A stretch of 48,460 bases of DNA, filler included, from Jimgerdemannia flammicorona (Eukaryota), in NCBI GenBank assembly GCA_003990765.1. It is 2 parts of 2 records of this genome, joined end to end, with 100 filler letters (N's around TTAATTAATTAA, not from the genome) between each part and the next. Parts side by side here need not be neighbours in the genome. Positions count along the whole stretch, not along the records: positions 1 to 24,182 come from RBNJ01001010.1; 1 more part is not named here. One strand, written 5' to 3'. The position numbers and the translations under genes are program-made. Under the pieces are notes generated by a model. It was not told where the DNA came from. It worked only from the letters and a program-made list of their open reading frames with translations, and did no database searches. This document shows positions 1 to 13,149 of the stretch, piece after piece (the first letter of the stretch is position 1; every line of letters starts with the position of its first letter).

Positions 1-712
1 CCTAGGAGCCCCCCCCTCCCCTACTCCTTCCCTATGAAAGACCACCTTGTCTGATACCATTTCCACCCTCCCTCCACTCTGCTCACAAATCCTCACCACC
101 AAACTGTGATGGCGTCCACCCTGAGGACCCCAGCCCACCCACCATCCAGTCAAAAGATCTCCCAACAACTCCTCCCACCGTAATACCTTCTCTCGGCACC
201 CCACCTGCTGCCCCTCCTCAAATACAAAAAGCCAATGGCCCGCCATCCTCACCCACATTGCCAACACCCACCCTACAGTGATCCAACTATTGCCCACCCC
301 CCCCACAAGCTGAGATCGCAAGTCCTCCCAGTGGCCTCCCACACCCGCCGGCCTCCGCTCCACACCTAGTCTATTTCCTATTTCTACCCAAAAGTCCCCC
401 AATACCTCACACTCCTCCAGCCAATGTTCCAGCGTCTGCACAAATCCCCCAGCTTGCCCTACATTGTAACACTCCTCACAATCAAAATGGCCACCATTCA
501 CCAGATGCCCAGTGCGAAAATTCAGCATGACATTCCTCCGCAGCATTCGCCACCACACCACTCAGTACTTGGAAGGAAGCCAACTCTGCACCTCAGCACT
601 CCAAGACCAGATACCCACCCAGTCCCACTCCTCGCCGATTCCTGCCCCCTGCCAGCCACTCGGCCTAAGATCCTGGCCAAGACCCTACTGACACTCCACC
701 CCATCTCCAAGA
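1..712 (-). mobile_element. LINE family C, 3' part of ORF2 (5'-truncated copy, runs off the left edge), inserted in LINE A2
   Basis: The minus strand reads WWRMLRRNVMLNFRTGHLVNGGHFDCEECYNVGQAGGFVQTLEHWLEEC, homologous to the C-terminal Cys/His knuckle of LINE B (30930-31181). The sequence switches abruptly to family A RT at ~713. Confidence 0.8.
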
Positions 713-1720
713 GAATTTAACTTTGCCCCTACCAGCCTCTCATACTGTCCTACCTCTTCCTGCAGACTATCAATATCTGCTATATAACCTAATTCAATCA
801 CTATATCATCAGCAAAGACCCCCAACTTCCAGACCACATTCTCCATTTGCAACCCAGTCAGCCTTCCCTTCAGCTAAGCCAATAAAGGTTCTAAGAACAA
901 AATATAGAAGAGTTGGGAAAAAGAATCTCCCTGTGGTATACCTCTCTTCAAGGTGAACTCTGGGTCATACCACCCATTCATCAGCACTGCTGCTCAGCAG
1001 CCTTGTACCTGGCCCATCAATCTTTGAGCCTCCACTATACTGAATCTGGCTTTCCACAATACTGCCTCTAAATAGTTCTACTGTACTCTATTATATGCCT
1101 TCTCTTGATCCAAGAAGACCATCTGCCCATCTACTTGCTAGCTTCTACAGCTCTCTAAAACATTTTGCATTCAGGTAGTACTGTCTTGAATCTGCTTCCT
1201 CTTTACAAAACCTTACTGGTCCTTACTCACCAATCAGCAAATCTACTACTATATCCTCTCAGCCAGAATTTTGGACACCAACTTCCTGTCTACATTCAAT
1301 AATATAATAGGCTACCAATTTCACCATATATGCTGATCCCCCTTCTCCTTATATAGCAGATAGACTAACCCTAAGGAACTATTGTCAATCTAGCAGCCAT
1401 CTCTCAATATAAAGTTCACCATTTTGATTAACTATCCATCAAACTCAACCTGGAACTTCTTTCAGAATTCCCAAGGCAGTCTATCCTCCCCTGACAATAA
1501 ACCAGCCTACATATTCCTCAGCATCTCCAATACCTCTTCAAGGGCTACTGGTCCCATCACTACCCCACCTATCTCAGATACTACTACTATAGGCCAGCTG
1601 CCTACTAAATTGTCATTATTCTCCTGGAAGACCTCTCTCCCAACTGGCTCTTCTTCATCTTACTAGAGAGTGCACTATTGTCCAGAGACCTCTCCCAGTA
1701 TATCAGCAATTTCAATAACC
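713..1720 (-). mobile_element. LINE A2 (old, degenerate), RT segment left of the nested A1 insertion
   Basis: Colinear with A1 3240-4245. Eroded FLDQEKAY and FADD motifs lie on the minus strand, with many stops. The element resumes after the right TSD at 7476-7485. Confidence 0.88.
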
Positions 1721-1849
1721 TTTTTTTTTTTTTTTTTTATAGTTACTTGGACTCCTTTATTATGGAACTATCTAATATAACAAGACCCTATCTGATAACT
1801 ACTATAACTATAAATATAAAGAAGAGTCTATCAGCCAATATCTTCTTTC

Positions 1850-4800
1850 CATTGCACCCCCTTCTCACCAAGCACCAGGTGCTCTTGAATTCTCTGGACA
1901 ATTTCTAGTACTTTTCTCATGGCCTCCAACTGATGTCTCTTTCCCTGATACCACCATCCTTGTACCACTTCCAGAAGCAATCTCTTCTACTACTCCACCA
2001 ATTCACTAATCTCCATCCAAGGATCCTTCTCGAACACCCATTGCCAGTACACTGCCATCAGGACCCAGATGCCAATAATCTGGCCCAGGCCACTCCAAAT
2101 GTCCCTAATCTCTCCCATCAGTCACTGCTTGACCATCTGACTAGTGGGGCCCCCTGCATGCTCACTCTTGCCACTCCAGTAGCTTTCCAATGTCTGCCAA
2201 AATCCCTCCACCCTGGGCATGCCACCAAGATATGCTCTGGCATCTGCACTACACTCCCATCCAGCTCACAACACCACTCACATATCTTTATACCTTCGGC
2301 CTCCATCCACTCTATTCTGTACCCCAGCATGACATTCCTTTGCAAAAATCTCCACCATACTACCCAGAACTTAGGTGGTACAACTTTGAGCAATGAGGTC
2401 CCCTATCTCCAAACTGGACCCCACTTCCAATCCTCTCCAAATCCAGCCTTCTGCCAACCAACTGGCCACCTCTTAAGCAGGCCCATCTGGATCCATTCCA
2501 TTGCCCCCAACAGAGAGTATTCCACCAACTAGTGGCCACCAATATGAATATTGCCAAGTTACTACCATCTCTGTTCTATATCCTCCTCTTTACCCAGCTC
2601 TGGACCTGTGAGTCCATTGCTAGCCAAGCTTCCACAATGCCCCACCAGAACCCCTGGTAATGTAATCTGCTAATCCTTCCAACCTGTAGCAACCCATGCA
2701 TATTCTTCCAAACCTTACCATGGGGGCAAAACCTGACTTCCCAATTGTCCATAGCCAGTTTGCCCCAACTATCCACTCTTAATTCTGCTAATCAACAACC
2801 CCACCAACCCCAAAGCACCTTCAGTCACCTCCTAAAATCCACCAGCCCCAATCCACCATTTACTGTATGCATCACTACTGTCTCTCAACTAATCTGGGGT
2901 CTTCTTCCTTACCACAGCCATCCTTCAACCACCTTCTTTAGTTTCTGTACCACCCAGCTGGGAAAGTCCAAATGATATCCCAAATACCATAGCTTTGGTA
3001 GCCAATATATATTCAAAACTACAATTCTCCCCACCAAAGAGAAGCCCCTCTCTGATCAGCCAACCAAGATATTCTCCCACTTCTGTATCATTCCACTCCA
3101 CTACTCCTTCGGCAATACTGTTCCATATACTGAGAACCAGACACTCAAATATTGAACTGCCTCTCCTGTACAGACCAGTTGACCAAAATGTCCATGCTCT
3201 CTCAAGCCAGCTCTCAGCTCCATAGTCTCACACTTGTCCCAATTCAGCTTTACCCCTGCCAGCCTCTCATACTGCCCCACCCCTTCCTGCAGTCTTGTCA
3301 TATTCACCATATAGCCTAACCCTACCACCATATCATCAGCAAAGGCCCTCAGCTTCCAGACCACCTCCCCCATCTTCAGTCTAGTTAGCCTTCCTTTCAG
3401 CTATATCAACAAAGGCTCTAAGGATAAGATATAGAGTAGGGGTGAGAGAGGATCCCCCTGTGGCACACCTCTCCCCAAGACAAACTCTGGGCCACTCCAC
3501 CCATTCATTAGTACAGCCCAACAGCCTTGCATCAGACCCATCAGTTTCCAAGCCTCCACCATACCAAATCCTGCCTTCTGCAGAACTGCCTCCAGATAGT
3601 CCCACCTCACTCTATCATATGCCTTTTCCTGATCTAAGAACACTATTCTCCCATCCACTTGCCGACTTCAACAGCCCTCCAATATGTTTTGCACCCAGGC
3701 TGTACTGTCTCAGATCTGTCTCCCCTTCACAAATCCTCACTGTTCTTCACCCACCAATTGGCCAATTCATCATTGCATCCTTCCTGCCAGGATCTTGGAT
3801 ATCAACTTTCTGTCTACATTCAGTAGCATAATGGGCTACCAGTTCTGCCACATATGGCAATCCTCTTTCTCTTTGTAGAGCAAAGAGACTAACCCTAAGG
3901 AGTCATTACCAATCCAGCAGCCTTCACCCAAAACAAAGTTCACCATTTCAACAAGCCATCCCCCAAACTCAACTTGGAATTCCTTCCAGAACTCCCAAGG
4001 CAGCCCATCCTCCTCTGGTGATGAACCAGCCTGCACTTTCTGCAGAACCTCCAGAACCTCTTCAAGGGCCACCCTACCCATTACTGCCCCACCTATCTCA
4101 GGCACTGCTACCACTGGCCAGCTGCCAACCAAATTGTCATTATCCTCTAGTGGAATCTCTCTCTCCACCAGATCTCCTCTATCTTGCCAAAGAGCACACT
4201 ATTGACCAGAGATCTCTCCAAGCATATCAGTAATACTAGTAACCTCAACTCCATTCTCCCACAACACCAAAGCCCAGTTATGCCACACTCTCCTGGCCTT
4301 TAAGATTCCCAACAAGTACTTAGTGGGTTGCTCTCCTTCCTCCAACTGCCTTGCCTACAGCCTCACCAGCAGCCCATCTACTACCCTATCTTCTGCTGCC
4401 TTCAAATCTAACTGCAACTCAGCCACCTCCTTGGCCAACTGGGAGCATCTTTCCTCTGATAAATTCTCCCCTTCCAGGGATTTCAGCTACTAATGAAGCC
4501 CCTGTTCAACTCTCCTTTCTCTATCCTTCTGCTCCCTTCCAGATACCTCCCCCACATCATACCAGTAAGTACCTGCCAAATATTTGAATTTTCCCCACCA
4601 CTGTGCTATTAACTGTCCACTGTCCTTCTACTATATCACTTCCTGCCTCACAATTTCCACAAATTGGTCCCTTTCTACCTACCTTTTGAGTAGTGCCACA
4701 TTGAGTTGTCATCTACCTCTACCTCCACTGACCATCTGGAATCTCCCACACACCTCAACTCTCCAGTGATCTGACCAAGGACACCATCTTACTCCTGTTG

Positions 4801-5454
4801 AATCCAATACATTACCCCAGCATTCTGCCACCAGAATCCAATCAATCCTTGTTCCAACCAAGTCCTCACCAACTGGGTGCCACCTAGTAAATGGCTCTGG
4901 CCTCTCTCCTTAACACTGTCAAATCCCATCAACCAATCCCATATCCCTCTCTGTCTGGAGCCATCGTGAGAGTCCAGTAGATACAGCCACATCAACTCCA
5001 CCATCAGATCTATCTAATGTCCTGTCACACACCATGTTAAAGTCCCCCCCCAGAATATCCAACCCCACTTTATCCTGGTCTCTCCAAGCCAGCCAACCCT
5101 CCACCCATTGGTTTTGCTCTCTGCCAACTGCCAGCAGATAAGCAGAGCCAACCATTAGTCCATCTCCAGCTCTACCTTTCAATCTCCCCCAGACTAATCA
5201 ATCACCATATACTGCAATCTCTATCAGCTCACCTCTCCTCAAGCCAACTATAATGCCCACCTGCTTGTTTCAACCTGTACTTCCATACCATTCCCTGCTC
5301 CAATTCTCATAATCTTGCTCCCATATGCCTGAATATCCTGCAGCAATATAATATCATATCTCCTGACCTTCAGCCAATAAAATAGATGCCTTTGCTTCAC
5401 TCCATCATACAAACCATTGATGTTTAACAATAAAATACATAGACTGTTCATCAT
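1850..5454 (-). pseudogene. A1 ORF2: APE endonuclease, reverse transcriptase and C-terminal Cys/His knuckle, disrupted
   Basis: ORF fragments LLNINGL..LLQD, GGDFN, FLDQEKAYDRV, GVPQGDPLSPLLY, AFADD, CEWC..EHILVAC. Multiple stops and frameshifts; lower boundary approximate. Confidence 0.9.
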
Positions 5455-5469
5455 TATAAATAAAAATGT

Positions 5470-7303
5470 TTAAAGATCCACTGGAATTGCCACCACCTTC
5501 TCCACCCAACCACAGATTATCGCCTTCCATTCCTCACAGATTGCCCTCCAGATATGGGCTCCATTCATGCTACTGTAGAAGATATCTACTTGCTTAGATG
5601 CCACCTTCCTGATGTCTGCCATATAGTTCTCATCCACCTCATATCCTTCATCATCCCGAAGTGCTGCCACCATCACCATCACCAACTTTGGCCCCTACAA
5701 TGCTATATTGAGAAACCCTTCCCAGGCCTCCTGAGATCTATTAAATACATCCACTTCCTTGATATCCTCCTCTGCCAGTTCCTTGAGCACTACCTGATAT
5801 CAGTCATTAGCCATCATCACCAAGGGCCCAGGAGTGGCAGGCCTTGAGGTTCTGCTCAGTTCCTGTAGCATCTCTCTATCTGCCAATACATCAGAGGCCA
5901 CATCCACCAGGTCATCCTCCTCCATACCCTTCTCCAGCCTCACCACTTTGCTGGCCTCTGGATATTCCCAATGGACATTTGTTGCTCCTGCCATATGAAT
6001 ATCCTCCAACTGAGTCTCTGGCACCACCTCAACAACCTCCTCAAAACCCCCTATATTTACCTCCTCCTTATCAGCCCACTTCCCCTTCACTGGCACATGA
6101 GCTGAGTCCTCCACCCCCCCTAGTTGCAAATAGAACACCTCAGCTATCTCCACCTCTTCCATCTGACTCTTGGCCATCTCTATCCTTTCTTTTTCCTCCA
6201 CTTTCGAGCCCTGGAGGACTGTCTATAGGTGCTCCCTGTTCGCTCTCTACCACTTCTTCCTCCTTCTATCCATTGGAATCCAGATCCAGTCCTTGGCAAA
6301 CTCCTCCCATCTCCTCTTTTGCAATTCCTTCACAGCCTTCCTCTCCTCTAGGGCAATCAGCAATTCCTCCTCCTCCTGTTCAGAGCCCTTCCTTCTCCAC
6401 ACTTTGCACTCCTGCCCTTTGACATGAATCACCTCTGGCCGTCCCTCTCTAGCCCTGTGGCCTTCTTACCTTCCAGCCTCACCATTACCTCACAGTTACC
6501 ATTCCTCAGCTTGGTCTCCTCCCAGAACATAAACCCAAAGTCAACCATCTCAATGAAACCCCCCAGTATCTCTGCTACAATCCCTTTAGTCTCCTGTCTT
6601 CTCAAATGTCAGCAGCCTCTCAATCATCAGGCATACAGCATATAGGTCCCACCTCAGGCACCTCACCATGCCAACCTTAATATTCTTGATGACCAGTCCT
6701 TTCTCCAAGGCTTTTGCCATCTCTTCCTCCTCTACAAATTCTATCTCTACTGTCTCAGCTAATGAGATAAACTTCAGTGACTTTGCCCCAGCAACCTCCT
6801 CTCCCACTAATTACAAGATCTCCCTAGCAGATATTCTCAGCTCTAAGAAATATGCCGAGATGACCCACATCAACACCAACTTGTGGAAGAAGGAGTTTAC
6901 CAGAGCCTGCTACCATTATAGCCTCCCTCTTATTCTCAGATACCTCAGCAGTCACTCTAGCCACAGGCCCAGCCCCAGGAATACTAGTCCCAGCTGCACC
7001 ACTTCTGGACCCCTGGCCCCTGGCAGGCACCTGACCAGTCACCTGACCAGTCACCTGGCCAGTTCCCTGACTCCTACCCCTGTCAACACTATGTCCCCCC
7101 TGCCCTACCCCCATGGGCCTAGTAGCTACTCTCCTGCCCCCCATTACTGTGTGCCAACTCTCAATACCAGCCTGCCTTTCATGACCACCTGCTCCTCCAG
7201 CTCCCACACCAGCCCCAGCCACCACTGCAAAACTCTTAGGGAGGCCCAGGCCAGGCCTCCTTCTCTCCAAGTACTCAGAGCTTGATGAATCCTGGGTTGC
7301 CAT
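5470..7303 (-). pseudogene. A1 ORF1 (nucleic-acid-binding protein), disrupted
   Basis: Fragments MATQDSSSSEYLERRRPG, MGEEVAGAKSLKF and MEEKERIEMAKSQ are colinear with the intact 614-aa ORF at 17276-19120. Confidence 0.9.
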
Positions 7304-7475
7304 TCGATGAAGACTCCACAGAATTTGACAAAACTTGTTATAGACTATTACTAGACTCCTGCTACACCTTGTACACCAGTATAGACAAAGTGAAAACTTG
7401 AAAACATATTGCTTTTTGCGAAAAGATGTCTATGTGGCTTAGCTCACTCTGAATGGTTTGAGCAAAAGAACTTCC

Positions 7476-10400
7476 TCCAGTAACCTCAATCCCATCTTCT
7501 TACAACACTGAAGCCCAGCTGTATCACACTTTCCTGGCTTTCAGAATTCCAGATAAATATTTAGTAGGCCACTCTTCTTCTTCCAACCACCTTGCCTGCA
7601 ATCTCACCAATAGACTATCTACTACTCTATCCTTAGCAGCCTTTAGATCTAACTTCAACTCAGCTATCTCCTTGGTCAACTGGGAGTATTGCTCTCCTGA
7701 TAAGTTCTCCTCTTCCAACATCCTCAGCTGCCATTGTAGCTCTTACTTGACCCTCCTCTCTTTATCCTTCTGCTCTCTCTCAGTAATATCCCATATATCA
7801 TACCAATAGGCACCTGCTAAATATTTAAATTTACCCTACTACTGCTCTATCAGCTGTTCACCATTCTTCCACTACATTACTTCCTGCTTTGCAATTTGTA
7901 CAAAATATTCTCACTCTACCTTTCTTTACAGTAGAGCCACATTGAGATGCCAGTGAACTGACTGCCTGAAATCTTCCATATACCTCTACTCTCCAGTGGT
8001 TTGAGCAAGGATACCACCATACTTCTGCTCTATTCAGCATATTGCTCCAGCATTCTGCCACCAGAATCCAATCAATCCTTATCCCAATCAAGTCTTTGCC
8101 AATAGGGTGCCACCTAGTGACGGGCCCTGGCCTCTCTCCCTGACATTACTATACCCCATTGACCAACCATATCTCTCTCAACCTGAAGCCATTGTGAGAG
8201 CCCTACTGAGACTGCTATACTAACCCTACCATCTGACCTATCTAAAGTCCTATCGTGTATACTATATTAAAGTCCCCTCCCAGAATGTTCAGCCCAACTT
8301 ACTCTCAGTCTCCCTAAGTTAGCCAGCTCTCCACCCATTGGTTTTGTTCTCTATCAACTACCAACAGATAAGTAGAGCCTACAATCAGCCCATCCTCAGC
8401 TCCTTCTTTCAATTTCCCCCAAATTAATCAATCCCTATATACTTCAACCTCTACCAGCTTGTCTCTCCCCAAACCAACCAGAATACCCACCTGCCCATTC
8501 CAATCTGTACTGCTATACCACTCTCTGCTCCACTCCTCATAATTCTGCTCACCATAGACTTAAATATCTTGAAGAAATACCACATCATACCTCCTGACCT
8601 TCAGCTAGCAAAACAGACACCTTCACTTCACTCCATCATACAGACCATTGACATTTAATAATAAGATATATAGACTGTTCATCATCTAAAATAAAAATAT
8701 TTAAAGCTCTACAGGAATTGCCACTACCTTCTCAGTCCTACTGTGGATTATTTCTTTTATTTCTTATAGATAACTCTCCAGATACAGACACTATTCACAC
8801 TGCTGCAAAAAACATCCACATACTCAGATGCCACTTTCCTAATATCAGCCATTTGGTTCTTATCTACCTCATATCTTTTATCATTCAGAAGTGCTACTAC
8901 CATCACTGTCACCAACTTCAATCTCTGCATTGCAACATTGAGGAACCCCTCCCAAGCTTCTTGAGATCTATTAAAAACATTCACTTCCTTAATATCCTCC
9001 TCTTCAAGTTCCTCAAGTACTGTCTGATATCAGTTATTGACTGTCATCACCAGAGGTCCAGAGGTGACAGACCTCAGGGTTCTATTCAACTCCTGCAGCA
9101 TCTCTCTGTCTGCTGAAACATCAGAGGCCACATCCACCAGGTCATCCTCCTCAGCACCCTTCTCTAGCTACACCACTTTGCCTGTCTCTAGATATTCCCA
9201 ATGGACATTTGCTGCCTCTACCATATAGACATTCTCTAACTGAGTCTCTGGTACTATCTCAGTAATATCCTCAAAACCCCCTTTGCCTATCTCCTCCTTA
9301 TCAGCTCACTTCCCCTTCACTAGTGTATGGGCTGAGTTCTCCACACCTCCCAGTTGTGAAAAGGATACCTTAGCAGCCTCCACTCCCTCCATCTGACTCT
9401 TGGCCATCTCTGCCCTCACTTCTTCCTCTGCTTTCAAGCCCTGGAGAACTGTCTGCAGGTACTCTCAGTTTGTTCTCTGCTACCTCTTCCTTCTCTCATC
9501 TGTCAGAATCTAGATCCAGTCCTTGGCAAACTTCTCTCATCTCCTCTTCTGCAATTCCTTTACTGTCTTCCTCTCCTCCAATGCTAGAAACAATTCCTTC
9601 TTCTCCCGTTCTGATCCTTTCCTTTATCATACCTTGCACTTCTGCCCTCTAATATGAATTACCTCTGGCCAATCCCTCTCTAGCCCTATGGCCTCCTTGC
9701 TCTCCAGCCTCACCATAACCTCACAGTTGTTATTCCTCAGCTTAGTCCTCTCTCAGAATATGAATCCAAAGTCAACTATCTTACCAAAGCTCACCAGTGT
9801 CTCTGCCACAATTCTCTTAGTCTCCTGTCTCCCCAATATTGACAGCTCTTCTACCATCAGACATACAGCATGCAGATCTCACCTCAAGTATCTTGCTATT
9901 CTAACCTTGATATTCTTAACTACTATCTCTTTCTTCAGAGCCTTTACCATCTTCTCCTCCTCCACAAAGCTGATCTCTACTGTCTCTGCAGATGGAATAA
10001 ACTTCAGAGACTCTGTACCAGCAATCTCTTTACCCACTAGCCATAAAACTTCTTTAGCAGACATCCCCAGTCTCATGAAATTCACCAAGATCACCCATAT
10101 TGATACTAATTTGTAAAAGAAAGGGCATACCACCAGTTCACTAGAGCCTGCTGCCATTGTGGTCTTCTTCTTATTCTCAAAAACTCTAGTAGTTACCTCT
10201 TCTACCCCTGTAGGCCCACCAGCAGTCCCCCCACCAGCCACTGGCTCAGTCTCAGAAATACTAGTCTCAACTGCTATACCTCTGGACCCTTGACCCCTGC
10301 CAGGCACCTGACCAGTCACCTGACTGATCACCTGACCCTTCCCCCTATCAATACTATATTCCCTCTACCCTACTCCTATGGGCCTATATAGCAGCAGCCC

Positions 10401-10740
10401 TGTCCCCCATCACTATATGCCAATCTTCAATACCCACAGGCCTCTCCTGATTACCCACTCCCCCAGTCCCAGTACTAGTTCCAGCCACTACTGTGAAGCT
10501 CTTGGGGAGACCCAGACCAGGTCTTCTCCTCTCTAAATACTCAGAGCTTGATGAACCTTAAGTTGCCATCAGATGAAAACTCTACAGAAATTTATAAAAC
10601 TTGATATATACTATTGCTAGACTCCTGCCACACCTAGTACCCCAGTATAGGTAAAGTAAAAACTTGAAAATGTGTTGTTTTTTGTGAAAAGATACCTGTG
10701 TAGCTTAGCTTACTCCAAGTGGTTTGAGCAAAAGAAGTTC
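7476..10740 (-). mobile_element. LINE A2 (old, degenerate), 5' half: endonuclease, ORF1, 5' UTR
   Basis: Colinear with A1 4240-7470 (IRIDWILV, FLQD, ORF1 fragments). The 5' UTR ends GGTTTGAGCAAAAGAAGTTC at 10740. Confidence 0.9.
8701..10569 (-). pseudogene. A2 ORF1, disrupted
   Basis: Fragments such as ELVVCPFFYKLVSIW and MNVFNRSQEAWEGF match A3 ORF1. The start codon is at 10567-10569. Confidence 0.85.
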
Positions 10741-11253
10741 TAAGTTAATCTGAATTAACTTGGATGGAAAACAAGCTGATCTGGATTGATTCAAATAGAA
10801 TATTATTTTGATTTCCATTAAATATTTACATCAATAATTTGATATATAATCATTCTATTTTAATGATTATAGTATTATTTGAAAGTTTTTTTTTTTTTTT
10901 TTTTTTATAGTTCTTATTTGAAAGCCTTTAATAAGGCCTTTCTAATGATATCAAAAAATTAAGAATATTAAAATTAGATTACATATTGCTGAGTTATTAA
11001 GAAAAACATTCTTTTAAAGAAATTTCCAAAATTAGTAAGTTAAATAATTTCCAAAATCAGCAAGTCAGACATTATTAGAAAGGCCTTATTAAGGACTTTA
11101 AAATAATACCATAATTATCAAAATTAGATATGTAATTATATATCAAGTTATTGATGTAATCATTTAATTGTCTAATTTTGAAAATTAAAACAATAATTGA
11201 TCTAGATCAGCTTATTTTTCATTCAAGATTGAATTGACTCATTTAGAGCATTA
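10741..11253. mobile_element. Foldback MITE of the hAT-like TAGTGCTCC-terminus group; left tip cut off by LINE A2
   Basis: Long inverted arms (AAGCTGATCTGGAT / GATCTAGATCAGCTT; TAATAAGGCCTTTCTAAT / ATTAGAAAGGCCTTATTA). The right end GAGCATTA is the reverse complement of TA(A/G)TGCTC. Homologous to 24029-24182. Confidence 0.8.
10886..10913 (-). mobile_element. 28-bp ultra-truncated LINE-mediated insertion (GAACTAT + A21)
   Basis: T21-ATAGTTC is flanked by a perfect 11-bp TSD TTATTTGAAAG (10875-10885 and 10914-10924). ACTAT(A)n is the shared LINE 3' terminus. Confidence 0.8.
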
Positions 11254-11371
11254 GTTGGAAGCTATAGATTTGTAATCAAAGAAATGAACTTAAAGATGAG
11301 TTATAGGTTTTACTCATTACTATTATTAAGTTAATTATTTTCTTTTATATCTTATAAATATTTTCTTTAAT

Positions 11372-12367
11372 TGTAATAATTTCTTAATCATATCTTAGTT
11401 AAAGTATATTTTTATATCTTTTCTTTAGTCTTTTTTTTAAATATTCTACAATATTCTAGTATTTTACAAATATTTAGAAATTCTCTTTTAGTATTAACAC
11501 TTTACTAGAATATTTTTGTATCTTAGCTAATTATAAAACTTTTTGCTGAGAAATATTTTTTTGACTTTTTTTTTTATTTCTAAGATTCTTTTAGATCTTT
11601 CTTTGATATCTTGTATAAATATTCTCTTTTTTTATTTAAATAAAATTTAGTATCTCTTAGATTTACTTTAGGTTTATTAGAATCTTTCAGATTTAGTTAT
11701 TTTTTCTTAAAGAAATTAAAATTATTATACTTAATAATAGCTATAAAGTTATATATTATCTTATTAAAAAAATTTTATACAAATTCAGAAATTGATCATT
11801 ACTTACTATATGAATCCAAAATAAATATTAAAGAATTAGTCAATTATTCAGATCTCTCTATAGTAAAAAATACAGACTCAGAGATATAAATTAACATAAA
11901 AGAGATAATTATTACTATAGTTATAATGGTTCTAGATTTTTTAAGAGAAAGCAACTAAATTTAAAAATATTCAAGTAGATATAAAGTATATAACTTGAAG
12001 AGATACTTATAGGTTTGAGAGATCTTAAAGGATTTTTGAAGAAAATAAGCTATCTTTTATTTAAGTAGAAGATCAGAAGAATTCAGAAGGATCTTAGAAA
12101 TAAAGAGAAAAGCCAAAAAATAAGTTCTTAGTAAAGATGATTAATAGAATTCTATAATATTCTAAAAGATTCTATAATTAGCTAAGATAGGATACTTGAT
12201 ACCAAGAGAAGATAAGAATGTTTTAGTAAAGTCTTAATATTAAGAGAGAATTTCTAAGTATTTAGAAATACTGAAACATTGTAAAATATTCAAGAAAAGA
12301 TAAGAAAAGACTAGAGAAAAAGATATAAAAATAAACTATAACAAAGAAATACTAAGAAATTATTATA
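11372..12367. repeat. ~1 kb degenerate inverted-repeat element (arms ~330-370 bp)
   Basis: TGTAATAATTTCTTA (11372) pairs with TAAGAAATTATTATA (ends 12367). Internal matches include TATCTTAGCTAATTATA / TATAATTAGCTAAGATA and TATTTAGAAATTCTCT / AGAGAATTTCTAAGTA. No TSD seen. Confidence 0.7.
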
Positions 12368-13149
12368 TCTCTCTTTTTTTAAAAATCAATATTCTTATTA
12401 TGTTTCTAAGATTATATAAGAATAGTTATACTTAACTAAAATTTCTCAAACTTATATAGATATCACTATGAGGAGTTAATTACTTCATATAAGATAAGAG
12501 CTAAAGACTTAATAGTTAGAGGTTTAAATTACTCAAAGAGAAATCATTATTATTCCAAGTAAGCTTACTATATAGTAGTAATTACACCTATATATGAAAG
12601 TGTATCAAGCTAATAGAGAGAGGTAGAGATATATATTTTTGCTTTAAAGTCTTATATAAGGTCTTGGATATTCTTAAGATTGATCAGTAGTTTTTAGATA
12701 GTATTATATTTAGAGTAGTCTATCTATTTGATTAGATATTTAGGTCAGTAATAGTAGATTTATTTGTTAAGAATTTTCTTATAATAAAACTATATACTAA
12801 TAGAATTACTATATTGTGAATAATCAATAATAACTATTAGTCCTGAGCTCTGAGTTCTTGAGGAAGCATGGAGTTCTGAATTGCCTAATATAGTAGAGTC
12901 TAAGTATTACTTTCAGGTTCTTACTTTAGAAGAGACTGTACTTATATCCTAAGTTAATCAGACTCAGAATTATTAATAAGTTAGATCTGAGGTTTCTGTA
13001 ATAAGAATACTACTTTATTCTTATACTGTAGAAAGCAGAGCTGAGGTTATAATTTACTCAGTACAGAAGGTATTTATATATAGCTATAGATAATAACTAA
13101 ATATGGTATACTGGATATATCTATATATAGTTATACTACTTTGGGTAAC

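Larger units (their letters stand above)
1721..7475 (-). mobile_element. LINE A1, full-length L1/Tx1-like non-LTR retrotransposon (inactivated), nested in A2
   Basis: Poly(T) at 1721-1738 followed by ATAGTTACTTGGACTCCTTTATT (3' end). The 5' UTR matches A3 17110-17275. Degenerate 10-bp TSD: TTCAATAACC (1711-1720) / TCCAGTAACC (7476-7485). Confidence 0.93.

Noticed and set aside
12370..13149. Possible further LTR/gag remnant (minus-strand TATA at ~13075, AATAAA at ~13015)
   Set aside because: Too degenerate to assign boundaries or a family by eye.
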